64,000 bases of DNA from an uncultured Heliomicrobium sp. (GTDB taxonomy: Bacteria > Acidobacteriota > Blastocatellia > RBC074): assembly GCA_964470555.1 (NCBI GenBank), contig CAYYDG010000002.1, positions 81,050-145,049 of the forward strand, read 5' to 3'. Below are positions 10,195 to 20,384 of the stretch, piece by piece. Under the pieces are notes generated by a model that saw only the letters and a list, made by a program, of their open reading frames with translations, did no database searches and was not told the origin of the DNA. A program made the translations under genes and the position numbers. Each line of letters starts with the position of its first letter. Position 1 is the stretch's first letter.

Positions 10195-10766
10195 CGAACT
10201 GCTTCCAATAAATTTTCGGCGACGAAATCAGGTTGCTGCGGCCAATTGTTTCGATCCTGTTCAAACTCTTCTTTGCCGTAACCGGTAAGCACCAGAACGC
10301 TGCTGCCGCCGACGGCTTGCGCCATCGCAAAATCGCGGAATCGGTCGCCTATGACGACGGACTCGGTCAAATCCAGATTGAAATCCGCTGCCGCGCGATG
10401 AAGCATTCCCGGTTTGGGCTTTCGACAATCGCACACCTGCCGATAAGGCAATTCGCCTTCAGTCGGATGATGCGGGCAGTAATAAATCGCATCCAGCCGC
10501 GCGCCTTCGCTTGCGAGTTGCGCCGTCATGTTGTCGTGAACTTCGGCCAAAAAATCTTCTGTGTAAAAACCGCGTGCGACGCCCGCCTGACTGGTGACGA
10601 CAATCGCCAGCCAGCCGGCTTCGTTGATCAGCCGCACGGATTCCGCCGCAAAGTCATACAGCCGAAACTCGTCCAGCGAGCAGACGTACCCGACTTCTTC
10701 GTTGAGCGTGCCGTCACGGTCAATGAAGATGGCTCGGCGCGGAAATGTCTGTTGCGTTGGGTTCAT
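10164..10766 (-). CDS. gmhB: D-glycero-beta-D-manno-heptose-1,7-bisphosphate 7-phosphatase (HAD-IIIA)
   Basis: [12 protein letters not shown] motif I. C-x-H-x6-C-x-C-RKP zinc motif ([25 protein letters not shown]). GDRFRD motif. Confidence 0.85.
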   Translation of the reverse strand: MNPTQQTFPRRAIFIDRDGTLNEEVGYVCSLDEFRLYDFAAESVRLINEAGWLAIVVTSQAGVARGFYTEDFLAEVHDNMTAQLASEGARLDAIYYCPHHPTEGELPYRQVCDCRKPKPGMLHRAAADFNLDLTESVVIGDRFRDFAMAQAVGGSSVLVLTGYGKEEFEQDRNNWPQQPDFVAENLLEAVRWVINSNQKS

Positions 10767-10829
10767 GTTTCAGTGGGCGGGATTTTACATCTTTCTGCGC
10801 AAAATTCTTGAGTATGTAGGTTGATGGAG

Positions 10830-11198
10830 TTACTCCCCACGCATAATTTCTTCAGCGCCTTCTTTCAACTCATCGGCATAAGGCTGCCTGCGTGAAGACG
10901 GCCAAATGCGCCAGATCTGAACCACAGCTTCTGAGGTTGTCGGATCGTCACCAATGCTGAAAAGTATGCGATATGTGTTGTCGTGTTTTCCGTAAATGAA
11001 TTGTCTGATTTCGACGCCCAGAAATTCGCTTTCCGCAGAAATGGGACACCGCGTAGGGAAATTTTCCAATGAAAAAACGGCTTGCATAAGACCTTCATAC
11101 CACTGACCGGCTGATTCAGGGGCGTGGTATTTGATCCAGAGGTAGGCTTCTTCGGCATCTGTCAACGCAGGCAGAGATATATCAACCCGATATGCCAT
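10830..11198 (-). CDS. type II toxin-antitoxin system RelE/ParE family toxin
   Basis: Start refined to the MAYRV Met (ATG at 11198), inside the longer 163-aa track ORF. C-terminal YRILFSIGDD...VVQIWRIW matches the ParE/RelE fold. Overlaps the upstream antitoxin ORF by 17 nt. Confidence 0.65.
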   Translation of the reverse strand: MAYRVDISLPALTDAEEAYLWIKYHAPESAGQWYEGLMQAVFSLENFPTRCPISAESEFLGVEIRQFIYGKHDNTYRILFSIGDDPTTSEAVVQIWRIWPSSRRQPYADELKEGAEEIMRGE

Positions 11199-11409
11199 GT
11201 TTTTGACGCAATTCCTCCAAGGCCTCTCTTGCCGGGCGACTTTCGCCACGTCGGAAACTTTCCATTCCTTCCTGAATCGCAGCAACTGTGGCAGCGAGTT
11301 CCAAGTCTGGCGATTCATCAATCACGATCAGGCGAACTTTTTTGCCCACCAACTCCGATGAATGGCAGATAACTTCTTCCCAAGTTCCTTCTAGAACCAA
11401 TTGCGACAT
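11182..11409 (-). CDS. type II antitoxin (ParD/Phd-like) for the adjacent ParE-like toxin
   Basis: 75 aa. C-terminal ESFRRGESRPAREALEELRQKHG, typical of ParD/RHH-type antitoxins. Immediately upstream of, and overlapping, the toxin gene. Confidence 0.6.
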   Translation of the reverse strand: MSQLVLEGTWEEVICHSSELVGKKVRLIVIDESPDLELAATVAAIQEGMESFRRGESRPAREALEELRQKHGISG

Positions 11410-11459
11410 AAAAGCCTCCTTCTAGCGGCAACTATTCTACCTGCCAGCCTGTTGTAAGG

Positions 11460-14400
11460 CTACGGCTCATAATTCAAGTTCGGCGAAAGCCAGCGTTCGA
11501 CTTCGCGCAACTCCATCGCTTTTCGCCGAGCGTAATCGGCGACTTGGTCGCGTTCGATTTTGCCCAGTGCGAAATACTTCGCTTCGGGATGCGCGAAATA
11601 CAGGCCGCTGACCGAACTGGCAGGCATCATGGCAAAGCTTTCCGTCAGTTGAATGCCTGTAAAGCGTTCGGCTTCGAGCAAGTCGAACAAGGCGCTTTTT
11701 TCGGTGTGATCGGGCTGTGCCGGATAACCCGGCGCAGGGCGAATGCCGCGATACTTTTCTTTGATCAGTTCTTCGGTGGTCAGTTTTTCCTGCTTGCCGT
11801 AGCCCCAATCTTCGCGCGCGCGTTTGTGAACCAGTTCGGCGAAAGCTTCGGCCAGCCGGTCGGCCAGGGCTTTGGCCATGATCGAATGATAATCGTCGTG
11901 GTCCCGTTCAAAGCGGGCGCATAAATCTTCCAGACCAATTCCTGTTGTAACGGCAAAAGCTCCGATGAAATCAATCCGGTTTGAATCTTTCGGCGCAATG
12001 AAATCGCTGAGCGCCTGATTGAACTGTCCCGCACGTTTTTCGGTTTGTTGGCGCAAGGTGTGGAATGTCGTCAACACGCGCGAACGCGATTCGTCGGCGT
12101 AAAGTTCAATGTCTTCGCCAACGGAATTCGCCGGCCAGAATCCGTAAATGCCATTTGCCCGCAACGCGCGACGGCTGATGATTTGTTCCAGCAGTTTTTG
12201 CCCGTCTTCATAAAGCTTGCGTGCCTGTTGGCCAATAACAGCATCATCCAAAATGCGCGGGAAAACTCCGGCCAGTTCCCATGTGTGAAAAAACGGCGAC
12301 CAATCAATGAACTGCGCGATTTCTTCCAGCCTGTAGTTTTGCAGCAATCGAGTGCCGATGAATTCCGGCTTGGCGATTTCAGTCGTTGCCCAATCAATCG
12401 GCGTGCGATTGGCGCGCGCTTGTTCAATCGTCAGCATACGGCGCTGTTCGCGGCTGGCTTCGTGGGCTTCGCGATCCTTTTGTTGCTGTGTGAGATTGTT
12501 CAATGCAAAGGTGGCGCGCGTTTCGGGATTGGACAACGCGCCGACAACGGGCACGGCGCGCGAAGCGTCCAGCACATGAACCACAGGCGGTTCGTAATGA
12601 TGGGCAATTTTGACCGCTGTATGAACCCGCGAAGTCGTCGCGCCGCCGATCAACAAGGGAATCGTGAAGCCTTCGCGCTGCATTTCCCGCGCGACGTGCT
12701 GCATTTCATCCAGCGACGGCGTAATCAATCCGCTCAAGCCCACGATGTCCACGTTGTGTTCTTTGGCCGCCGCCAAAATCTTTTCGCACGGAACCATCAC
12801 ACCCAGATCAACCACTTCGTAATTGTTGCAACCCAGAACGACGCCGACGATGTTTTTGCCTATGTCGTGAACGTCGCCTTTGACTGTGGCCATCAAGACT
12901 TTGCCTTGCGCTTTGGTTTCAGAAGTTTTTTCGGCTTCCAGGTAAGGCTGCAAATAGGCGACGGCTTTTTTCATAACACGCGCCGACTTGACCACTTGCG
13001 GCAGGAACATCTTGCCCGAACCGAACAAATCGCCGACGACATTCATTCCGGCCATCAACGGACCTTCGATGACGTTCAGCGGGCGACCGTATTTTTGCCG
13101 TGCTTCTTCAGTATCCTGGTCAATGTAATCCACAATGCCTTTGACCAGCGCGTGCGACAGGCGTTCTTCGACCGTGCCGCTGCGCCATTCGTCTTCGACA
13201 ACTTCGGCTTTACCACGTTGTTTGACCGATTCGGCAAAACTGACCAGCCGCTCGGTCGCGTCCGGTCGCCGATTGAGCAGCACGTCTTCCACCAATTCCA
13301 GCAAGTCTTTAGGGATTTCGTCGTACACAGCCAACTGCCCGGCGTTGACGATGCCCATATCCAAACCGGCTTTGATCGCGTGATACAGAAATGCCGAGTG
13401 CATGGCTTCGCGGACGGCATTGTTGCCACGGAACGAAAACGAAATGTTGCTGACGCCGCCCGATACTTTCGCGCCGGGCAGGTTTTGTTTGATCCAGCGT
13501 GTGGCTTCGATGAAATCCACGGCGTAATTGTTGTGCTCTTCTATGCCTGTGGCCACGGTCAAAATATTCGGATCGAAAATGATGTCCTGCGGCGGAAATC
13601 CGACTTCGTTGACCAGAATGCGATAGGCGCGTTCGCAGATTTCAATCCGGCGCTGGTAATTGTCCGCCTGTCCTTTCTCGTCAAAAGCCATGACAATGAC
13701 CGCCGCGCCGTACCGGCGAATCAGCCGCGCCTGTTCGATGAATTTCTCTTCGCCTTCTTTCAGGCTGATGGAATTGACAACGGCTTTGCCTTGAATGCAC
13801 TTGAGCCCGGCTTCGATGACAGACCATTTCGACGAATCCACGACAATCGGCACGCGCGCAATGTCCGGTTCGGAAGCAATCAGATTCAAAAAATGAACCA
13901 TCGCTTTTTCCGAATCCAGCATGCCTTCGTCCATGTTCAGGTCAATTAACTGCGCACCATTTTCGACTTGCTGGCGCGCCACGGCCAAAGCTTCTTCAAA
14001 CTGATTGTTCAAAATCAGCTTGGCGAATTTTGGCGAACCCGTAACGTTGGTGCGTTCACCGATGTTGACGAAATTGGTTTCCGGGCGAATGGTCAGAGCT
14101 TCTAATCCAGACAGCCGCAGGTAAGGTTCAGGCTGGGCAGGCTTGCGCGGAGCGTAACCTTTGACGGCTTTGACAATTTCACGAATGTGATCCGGCGTTG
14201 AGCCGCAACAGCCGCCTACGAAATTCAGCCATCCATTGGCAGCCCATTCCGCCAATTGCGGAGCCATCGTTTCAGGAGTTTCAGGAAAGCCGGTCGGCAG
14301 CAGCGGATTCGGCAAGCCCGCGTTTGGATATGCGCTGACATAAACCGGAGCGATGTTGGAAAGCTCTTCGATGTAAGGCCGCATTTCTTTCGGCCCCAGG

Positions 14401-15152
14401 GCGCAGTTGATGCCAATGGAAAGCAATGGCGCGTGAGCAGTGGCATTGACGTAAGCTTCGACGGTTTGGCCGCTCAAGGTGCGCCCGCTCAGGTCGGTGA
14501 TGGTGAACGACAGCATTAGCGGCAAGCTGTAGCCGATGTCTTCGTAAAGTTTCTGGACTGCGAACAATCCGGCTTTGGAATTCAGCGAATCGAAGACCGT
14601 TTCGACAATCAGCAAATCGGCTCCGCCATCAACCATGCCTTTGGCTTGTTCGTAATAAGACTCGACCAGCGCGTCGTAACTGACCGAACGAAACGCTGGA
14701 TTGTTGACATCCGGCGACAGCGAAGCCGTCTTGTTCGTCGGCCCCAGCGCTCCGGCAACGAAACGGACTTCGCCCGGATGCGCGGCCAGAAACTTGTCCA
14801 CTGCTCGCCGAGCGGCTTTGGTCGCGGCCAGGTTAAAGTCATAAGCCAGATGCGCCATCCCATAATCCGCCAGCGTCACCGATTGCGAATTGAAAGTGTT
14901 GGTTTCGATGATGTCCGCGCCCGCTTCCAGATATTGGCTATGGATTTCTTCGATGATCTGCGGCTGGGTGATCGAAAGCAGGTCGTTGTTGCCCTTCAAA
15001 TCCGAAGGCCAATCTTTGAACTGCTCGCCACGATAAGCGGCTTCGTCCAATTGGTAGCGTTGAATCATCGTCCCCATCGCGCCGTCAATGATGACGATGC
15101 GATGGCGTAGAAGGTTTTGCAGGGTAGATAAAGTATTTGAATTATTGCTCAT
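11460..15152 (-). CDS. metH: cobalamin-dependent methionine synthase
   Basis: 1230 aa with a Hcy-binding domain, pterin-binding domain, B12-binding DxHxxG region ([11 protein letters not shown]) and a C-terminal AdoMet activation domain. Confidence 0.95.
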   Translation of the reverse strand: MSNNSNTLSTLQNLLRHRIVIIDGAMGTMIQRYQLDEAAYRGEQFKDWPSDLKGNNDLLSITQPQIIEEIHSQYLEAGADIIETNTFNSQSVTLADYGMAHLAYDFNLAATKAARRAVDKFLAAHPGEVRFVAGALGPTNKTASLSPDVNNPAFRSVSYDALVESYYEQAKGMVDGGADLLIVETVFDSLNSKAGLFAVQKLYEDIGYSLPLMLSFTITDLSGRTLSGQTVEAYVNATAHAPLLSIGINCALGPKEMRPYIEELSNIAPVYVSAYPNAGLPNPLLPTGFPETPETMAPQLAEWAANGWLNFVGGCCGSTPDHIREIVKAVKGYAPRKPAQPEPYLRLSGLEALTIRPETNFVNIGERTNVTGSPKFAKLILNNQFEEALAVARQQVENGAQLIDLNMDEGMLDSEKAMVHFLNLIASEPDIARVPIVVDSSKWSVIEAGLKCIQGKAVVNSISLKEGEEKFIEQARLIRRYGAAVIVMAFDEKGQADNYQRRIEICERAYRILVNEVGFPPQDIIFDPNILTVATGIEEHNNYAVDFIEATRWIKQNLPGAKVSGGVSNISFSFRGNNAVREAMHSAFLYHAIKAGLDMGIVNAGQLAVYDEIPKDLLELVEDVLLNRRPDATERLVSFAESVKQRGKAEVVEDEWRSGTVEERLSHALVKGIVDYIDQDTEEARQKYGRPLNVIEGPLMAGMNVVGDLFGSGKMFLPQVVKSARVMKKAVAYLQPYLEAEKTSETKAQGKVLMATVKGDVHDIGKNIVGVVLGCNNYEVVDLGVMVPCEKILAAAKEHNVDIVGLSGLITPSLDEMQHVAREMQREGFTIPLLIGGATTSRVHTAVKIAHHYEPPVVHVLDASRAVPVVGALSNPETRATFALNNLTQQQKDREAHEASREQRRMLTIEQARANRTPIDWATTEIAKPEFIGTRLLQNYRLEEIAQFIDWSPFFHTWELAGVFPRILDDAVIGQQARKLYEDGQKLLEQIISRRALRANGIYGFWPANSVGEDIELYADESRSRVLTTFHTLRQQTEKRAGQFNQALSDFIAPKDSNRIDFIGAFAVTTGIGLEDLCARFERDHDDYHSIMAKALADRLAEAFAELVHKRAREDWGYGKQEKLTTEELIKEKYRGIRPAPGYPAQPDHTEKSALFDLLEAERFTGIQLTESFAMMPASSVSGLYFAHPEAKYFALGKIERDQVADYARRKAMELREVERWLSPNLNYEP

Positions 15153-15164
15153 CGTATCTTGGAT

Positions 15165-16118
15165 TTAGTTGTTTCGCGCCTCGTTCTGGAATAGCGCTAG
15201 CTGTTCTCTGAACTGTTCGACAGTTTTCATTGGCTTCGTTCTATGAATCATCCTATGGCAGTTCGCGCAGAGGATTGCTAGATCGTTTAGGGTCGTTTCA
15301 GTTTCAGTCTCAACTGCTGATAGCAACGCTCGATGATGTGCTTCCGCGAAATCCTCACCATACACCTGCTTGAAGTCAAAACCACAAGCTTCACAGGCCA
15401 GCTTGCCAGTTTCACTTAGCACCTTATTTTTCTTGGCTTCTACGATTTCAGGTTTTCTTTCGCGTCGCAGGTGGCTGATAAATTTCTTGCGCCCTTCAAT
15501 GACTAAAATAACCTCTTGTTCTACATCGGGGAATCGTTCAAGTTCATTAACATCAGGCAATTCAAGCTGAATTTGGATATTGTTTGTTGAGTGAGTGGTA
15601 GAGTATTCCGTCCGTGGTAGAACCTGATCTAAACACTCTTCTAGGTATTCAATCACTCCAGGCGAGTGAGCCTTTTTCCTGTTTGGAGCGAAAGGGGTTC
15701 GGCTCGCCTTTTGAAGCAGCCTATTATGTGAGTCAGCAATCTGAGGCAAAACAAGAGTAGATTTTTCCGCGTCAAAATCACAGGCAATGGAGCCTGCGAC
15801 GCTTGGATAAAATCCTTTGGTAGCGCCATTGCGCGTTTTGCGCACCTCCACCAAAGTCGGCGAGAAGACAGGTAGGCTCTCAGCGTCAGCCACTACGTGT
15901 ATCCAATCAGGCAGGATAGTTACGACTTCAATCATGCCGCAATTTAGCCGCAGAGAATCGCTATCGAGAGTGACGCCCCATCGGTGAGCGGCAAGCTGAT
16001 GCGCTATCTGGATTGAATCCGCCAGAAAATTAAGGCAATGCCACCTCACCTTTTCATCTGGTAATAGGAATTCAAATACTTCTCTGGCCACTCCTTTGTC
16101 TGTTCGGTCCAACTTCAT
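15165..16118 (-). CDS. HNH endonuclease-domain protein with uncharacterised about 230-aa N-terminal domain
   Basis: C-terminal CEACGFDF...AEAHH...LAILCANCHRMIH is the C-x2-C...HH...C-x2-CH His-Me finger. The N-terminal domain is unrecognised. GC is about 48%, below flanks. Confidence 0.65.
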   Translation of the reverse strand: MKLDRTDKGVAREVFEFLLPDEKVRWHCLNFLADSIQIAHQLAAHRWGVTLDSDSLRLNCGMIEVVTILPDWIHVVADAESLPVFSPTLVEVRKTRNGATKGFYPSVAGSIACDFDAEKSTLVLPQIADSHNRLLQKASRTPFAPNRKKAHSPGVIEYLEECLDQVLPRTEYSTTHSTNNIQIQLELPDVNELERFPDVEQEVILVIEGRKKFISHLRRERKPEIVEAKKNKVLSETGKLACEACGFDFKQVYGEDFAEAHHRALLSAVETETETTLNDLAILCANCHRMIHRTKPMKTVEQFREQLALFQNEARNN

Positions 16119-16140
16119 TTGTTTCTCACATTTGTTTTAA

Positions 16141-16859
16141 GCGGCTGCGCCGCCCGATGTGCGGAAAGGCTATGCCTTTCCGGGAAGAGCTATCTTTACT
16201 CTCAGGGCTACGCCCTGCCTGTCGGTTTGTGCCAGTTGATTTGATCCAGATCAACCAGCAACGGTTCGTTCTCCACCTCGCAACGCTGCCACATTCGGAC
16301 GCTTGACCAGCGATAATCAACCACTCGGTCAACCAATCTGGCTCGCACAGGATTCAAATGAGTGTAGTTCACTTTCTGCATAAACATGCTTTCGCTAAAA
16401 ATCTGAAACGTATTCGATTCGTGCTGCCACAACGAGTAACGATGATTCCGCTTCCAATCCTCGTGACGCAGCTTTTCCAGCGAGCTTTCGTAGTTCTTTT
16501 CTTTCAAATGCTCAATCACCCGGTGAGCCACAATGCCTTTGATGTAGCGAAGAACATCGGACGGCTTTTTGTCATGGCTATAGGCCAACAGATGCAAATG
16601 GTCGGGCATAATCACATAAGCGAACAACAAAACACCGCTGGACTCTCGCGCTTCGTCAATCGCTGCGCAGGCGATGGTTTTGATGGCGTCTTTTTGAAAG
16701 ACCGGCAGCCGGTCTTTGGCTACGGCGGTGATGTAAAGCGCCTGGCGGTCTTTTGAAATCGTAAACATCTTCAGTTTGCCGATTGGGGCATAGCCACAAA
16801 TCCATAAATCTCGCTCCCGGAAAGGCGAAGCTTTTCCGCACATCAGGCGGCAGAGCCGC
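16141..16859. mobile_element. RAYT/IS200-like Y1-transposase unit bounded by about 45-bp imperfect inverted repeats
   Basis: 16141..16185 gcggctgcgccgcccgatgtgcggaaaggctatgcctttccggga. The reverse complement of 16814..16859 is gcggctctgccgcctgatgtgcggaaaagcttcgcctttccgggag, about 39/45 identical. Each contains a ggaaaggc-nnn-gcctttcc hairpin. Confidence 0.6.
16208..16768 (-). CDS. REP-associated tyrosine transposase (RAYT) / IS200-like Y1 HUH transposase
   Basis: HUH motif YVIMPDHLHLL. C-terminal YTHLNPVRARLV...YRWSS Y1 motif. The longer track ORF (to 16843) would start inside the right inverted repeat, so the Met at MFTISK (16768) is preferred. Confidence 0.7.
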   Translation of the reverse strand: MFTISKDRQALYITAVAKDRLPVFQKDAIKTIACAAIDEARESSGVLLFAYVIMPDHLHLLAYSHDKKPSDVLRYIKGIVAHRVIEHLKEKNYESSLEKLRHEDWKRNHRYSLWQHESNTFQIFSESMFMQKVNYTHLNPVRARLVDRVVDYRWSSVRMWQRCEVENEPLLVDLDQINWHKPTGRA

Positions 16860-16868
16860 GAAGAATTC

Positions 16869-17036
16869 AGCCCCTCAATTCTTCCAACGTCCGCAAGTCG
16901 GCTTCAAAGTCGGTGAAGCCCAGATGTACGGCGACGCGCTTCAAATCGCCCACGACATCTTCCGGCAGGTTGATCGTCACGGCGGTGGTCGGGTGGTCTT
17001 TGCGCAATCTCTCTTTCAGCTTATTTATCTTCATAA
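16869..17036 (-). CDS. small ribbon-helix-helix (CopG/BrnA-like) protein, orphan
   Basis: 55-aa ORF below the track threshold: MKINKLKERLRKDHPTTAVTINLPEDVVGDLKRVAVHLGFTDFEADLRTLEELRG. The TINLPEDVV..LKRVA segment is RHH-like. Confidence 0.3.
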
Positions 17037-17037
17037 C

Positions 17038-17533
17038 CTTACACCACGCATTTGCAACCGCATTCCAACAAAATCTCGACCGGCGAAACCTGCCGCGTCA
17101 CGCCGTCGCGCCGTACGTGCAAGACCACCAAAGTGTAAGGGTCAAAAACCACCACGTCCTTGACGCCCTACGAAAGGTAAAAGCGCGGGCCGATTTCGAG
17201 GTCTTTGGCTTCGTAGCCTTTGCTGATGATTTCGATGACCGCTTCGGGCACGAGGGTGATCGCTTCGTCTTCTTCGTCCGGTTCGCGGCAGAAGATGGAA
17301 ATGTCCGGGCGTTTGAGCGAGCCGTCGGGGAAGCTGACGTAAACATCCGCCGCATGTACGCAAGCGCAGGCAGCCGGGTCGGTGGTGACAATTTCGATGC
17401 TGTGGCGAATGCGGTCAACGGCTTTCTGGTGTTTGTAGACCGGATGCGCTTCCCAAATCGGCAACCCGCCGACGATCTCCAGTCGCACGCCCAGTTCATT
17501 TGCCTGTAAAAGTCTTTGATCCATGCTTATCAC
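17038..17533 (-). pseudogene. Uma2-family (DUF820) endonuclease gene interrupted by an in-frame TAG
   Basis: The N-terminal 121 aa end ...EIGPRFYLS at an amber codon (17168-17170). The same frame continues GVKDVVVFDPYTLVVLHVRRDG... Together they form the Uma2 PE.vIE..S...D...K...Y...GV.E.W..DP pattern. Confidence 0.55.
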
Positions 17534-17560
17534 TCCTTTTCAGCAATTGATTTGCTTGTT

Positions 17561-19480
17561 TTACACACGCGGCATTCCATAACCCATCAGCCGCAGCGCC
17601 TTTCGGAACTGTTCTTCAGCGTCTGCCATCACCACCAAATGCTTTTCGCCCGCGCGCAGGCAGAGCTTTTTAATTTTTTCATGCGTGGCGACCCTTTCGG
17701 CGATTTCGGCGTCAGCGCATTCGATCAGCAACGCCGTGCCTTTGTTGATGCAGGCTTTGGCGCGTCGTTCTGTGGTGACGAAGAAGCCTTCGACGGTGTC
17801 TGGCAATTCCTGTTCGTCGCGCGCGGCCAGAAAATCGCGCAGTTCCTTGATCTGGCTTCCGCTTTCTACGGCGGACAGCGCTTTTTCCTGACTCAATCGC
17901 CAGACGGTATCGGATTCTTTTTCGGCGTAAGTTTCCAGCAGCAGAGTTTCATCGGGCGAAAGTTCGCCGCCGCTGACGTTGATCTGCAAGCTCGGCAGCA
18001 CGGTGAAGGAAGCGCTGGCTTCGATTTCAAGAGGTGTGTAGTTGTCAGTCAATTCCAGACAATATGCGCCGAGCGGCGTTAGCCGGAAATACATCAAACC
18101 GTCATAGCGGCTCAGAAAATCCAGGTCTTCGGCTCCCCACATTTTTTTGTAATCCTGTCTGGCGTTTTCGGGATCAATGTAAGCGACGTCAATCAATCCC
18201 AGCGTCGCGGCGTATTCAAACAGCAACGCCAGCAGATAACGCGCTTGCAGGATGTTCCAACCCCCTCCGTCTCCCAAATTGCCATAATTGGCGTCAACGA
18301 TGTAAAGCTTCCAAAAATCGCGCGCGACTTCAAAGTCAAAGGCGGCGGCCTGCATGAAACTGGAAAAGTCGTCGAATTTGACCCATTGGCCAATCGGGCA
18401 TTCTTTCAAGGCGTTGTTGATGACTTCGCGACGGCCTTCGACGGCAGTCAACGGATGCCCTTTGCTGTGTTGTCCTTTTATTGCGTCAACGCGGTTGAAT
18501 TCGTCCAGTAGTTTCGATTTCAGCCAGCGTTGCCAGATCGAACGCAGAGTTTCGGTGGGTTTGGCCGCCAGCGCGTTTCGACCGGCTTTGGTCAGCGCCA
18601 GTTTCTTTCCATTCAATTGAACCAGTTTGCCTGCCTGCAAAAGCAGCGGCCAGGCGAAAGCTTTGATCGGGCCGATTTCCTGTTCCCATTTGCTTTCCTT
18701 TGGTTTCCATTCGTAAAAGTCGCCGTCGCGCAAGAGCGACGTAATTTCTTTCATCGTCGTCGCAGAAGCTTGATAGGTTTTTTCGCTGACCGAGACCTTG
18801 CCTTTGTCAATCAATCGCAGCAGCGTCAGCAAATCCTGTTGCGCTGCTCGCTCGCTGTCTCGGCGGACGAGCGGAATTTGATACACCACGTCCTTGATGT
18901 TCTTCGGTTTGCCCATCAGGTAGGCGCGATTGCCATGAATCAAGGTGGTAGCTGGCGTCTCTTCGTCGAATTCGTATTCCTTTTCGATTTGTTCAATGAA
19001 TTCGGGCAATTCGGTTGACGTTTTCAACCGCAGTGGTTCCGGCTTCGGGACAAATTCGAGCAAACGAGTTTTCAAATCATCCGGCAAAACCGAATCTCCG
19101 CCTCTCCAATGTCCGCTGGCAAAAAGGAACAGTCGCAGCAGGGTCGGCGCGGCGTGATAGCTCCAATCGTAATTGTTCGTTCCAAAGTCCGGCAGTTCGC
19201 CGTATTTGGCCTTGAAGCGGGCAGGGGTGAAAATCGGACTATCTGAATAAACGGTTTCGGCAACGGCTTTTTTTTGAAGTTCATCCAGTCTGTCCCATAA
19301 CAAGCGCAGCTTTTCGCCAGATAATTCACCGATGATTGCATTGAGCAGTTCGTCTTTTCGGGTTCCGCTGGCGGCTCCAGGCAGCAAGGCTTTGAGCTTC
19401 TTCAGATCATCAACTGTGCGAATTTCCAAAGCTTCGCGAATGGTGGCGATTCGTATTTCTTGTTGTTGATATTTGGGCAT
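17561..19480 (-). CDS. hypothetical protein (639 aa) of unknown function
   Basis: Long, confidently coding ORF (codon usage, no competing frame). No catalytic motif recognised. The C-terminal about 90 aa loosely resemble a helicase-associated (XPB N-terminal-like) domain. Confidence 0.55.
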   Translation of the reverse strand: MPKYQQQEIRIATIREALEIRTVDDLKKLKALLPGAASGTRKDELLNAIIGELSGEKLRLLWDRLDELQKKAVAETVYSDSPIFTPARFKAKYGELPDFGTNNYDWSYHAAPTLLRLFLFASGHWRGGDSVLPDDLKTRLLEFVPKPEPLRLKTSTELPEFIEQIEKEYEFDEETPATTLIHGNRAYLMGKPKNIKDVVYQIPLVRRDSERAAQQDLLTLLRLIDKGKVSVSEKTYQASATTMKEITSLLRDGDFYEWKPKESKWEQEIGPIKAFAWPLLLQAGKLVQLNGKKLALTKAGRNALAAKPTETLRSIWQRWLKSKLLDEFNRVDAIKGQHSKGHPLTAVEGRREVINNALKECPIGQWVKFDDFSSFMQAAAFDFEVARDFWKLYIVDANYGNLGDGGGWNILQARYLLALLFEYAATLGLIDVAYIDPENARQDYKKMWGAEDLDFLSRYDGLMYFRLTPLGAYCLELTDNYTPLEIEASASFTVLPSLQINVSGGELSPDETLLLETYAEKESDTVWRLSQEKALSAVESGSQIKELRDFLAARDEQELPDTVEGFFVTTERRAKACINKGTALLIECADAEIAERVATHEKIKKLCLRAGEKHLVVMADAEEQFRKALRLMGYGMPRV

Positions 19481-19536
19481 CTCAGTTCTCGTCGTTTTTC
19501 AGCAGATTTGTGGGATGTTGAATCAAATGAGCGTCG

Positions 19537-20349
19537 TCAATCCAATTCTTCGCCGCAATGCGGGCAAATTTGTTTTCCGACTTTCTGGCGCTCGATTTCT
19601 TCGACAAAGCTGGCGCCCAGAATGCCTGCGGGCAGGGCGAACATGCCGACTCCGAGTACGGCGATGGCCGCCGCCAGAAATTTGCCGAGCGTGGTCACAG
19701 GATAAACGTCTCCGTAACCGACAGTCGTCAAAGTCACAATCGCCCACCACATGGCCGACGGAATGTCGGGGAATTTGTCCGGTTGAGCTTCACTTTCAGC
19801 AAAGTAAATAAACGAAGAAGCCAGAACCAGCATGACGGCCATTACCGACGCGGTAATCAGCAATTCCTCTTTTCGGCTGGTAAAGACGCGCGCCAGCATC
19901 TGCGATGTTTTGGAATACCGGCTCAGTTTGGCAAGCCGCAACAGGCGGAACAGCCTGAAGACTCGCACAAAGCGCATGTCTATCACCAGAAATTCCAGGT
20001 AAAACGGCAGAATTGCCAGCAGGTCAATGATCTGCATCGGGCGCAACGCGAACCGCAATCTGCCAGCCACTGGCCTTGCGAATTCAGGGCGGCAGACACA
20101 GGCCCAAAGTCTCAGCAGATATTCGATGGTGAAAATTGCGACGGACAAGTCTTCAAACAAGCGAAGCGGCAGGCCGTAGGAGGCTTCGACGGATTTCACC
20201 GAACCGGCAATCACCGCCACCACGTTCAAAACGATCAACGTGAACATGAACAGGTCGAAGATTCGGCTGACACGGTCGCCGGGTTTCGCAGCTTCGACGA
20301 TTTCCCAGACTCGTTGTCTGAGGTTAGAGCTTGTTTTCGCTTCTTCCAT
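19537..20349 (-). CDS. voltage-gated potassium channel (ion transport family)
   Basis: S4-like segment with regularly spaced Arg (RVFRLFRLLRLAKLSRY). K+ selectivity filter TTVGYGD. Six TM helices. C-terminal CPHCGEELD. Confidence 0.85.
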   Translation of the reverse strand: MEEAKTSSNLRQRVWEIVEAAKPGDRVSRIFDLFMFTLIVLNVVAVIAGSVKSVEASYGLPLRLFEDLSVAIFTIEYLLRLWACVCRPEFARPVAGRLRFALRPMQIIDLLAILPFYLEFLVIDMRFVRVFRLFRLLRLAKLSRYSKTSQMLARVFTSRKEELLITASVMAVMLVLASSFIYFAESEAQPDKFPDIPSAMWWAIVTLTTVGYGDVYPVTTLGKFLAAAIAVLGVGMFALPAGILGASFVEEIERQKVGKQICPHCGEELD

Positions 20350-20384
20350 CGTTTGCGCTCCAATCGAATTGTTGCGAACTTTGC

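Noticed and set aside
12045-13949. 634-aa ORF on the plus strand
   Set aside because: Entirely antisense to metH. The high GC suppresses stop codons, the composition is Arg/Ala-rich, and it has no homology-like motifs. Spurious.
16783-17163. 126-aa plus-strand ORF
   Set aside because: It overlaps the right inverted repeat of the RAYT unit, the RHH ORF and the Uma2 C-terminal fragment on the opposite strand. The Uma2 reading makes more biological sense.
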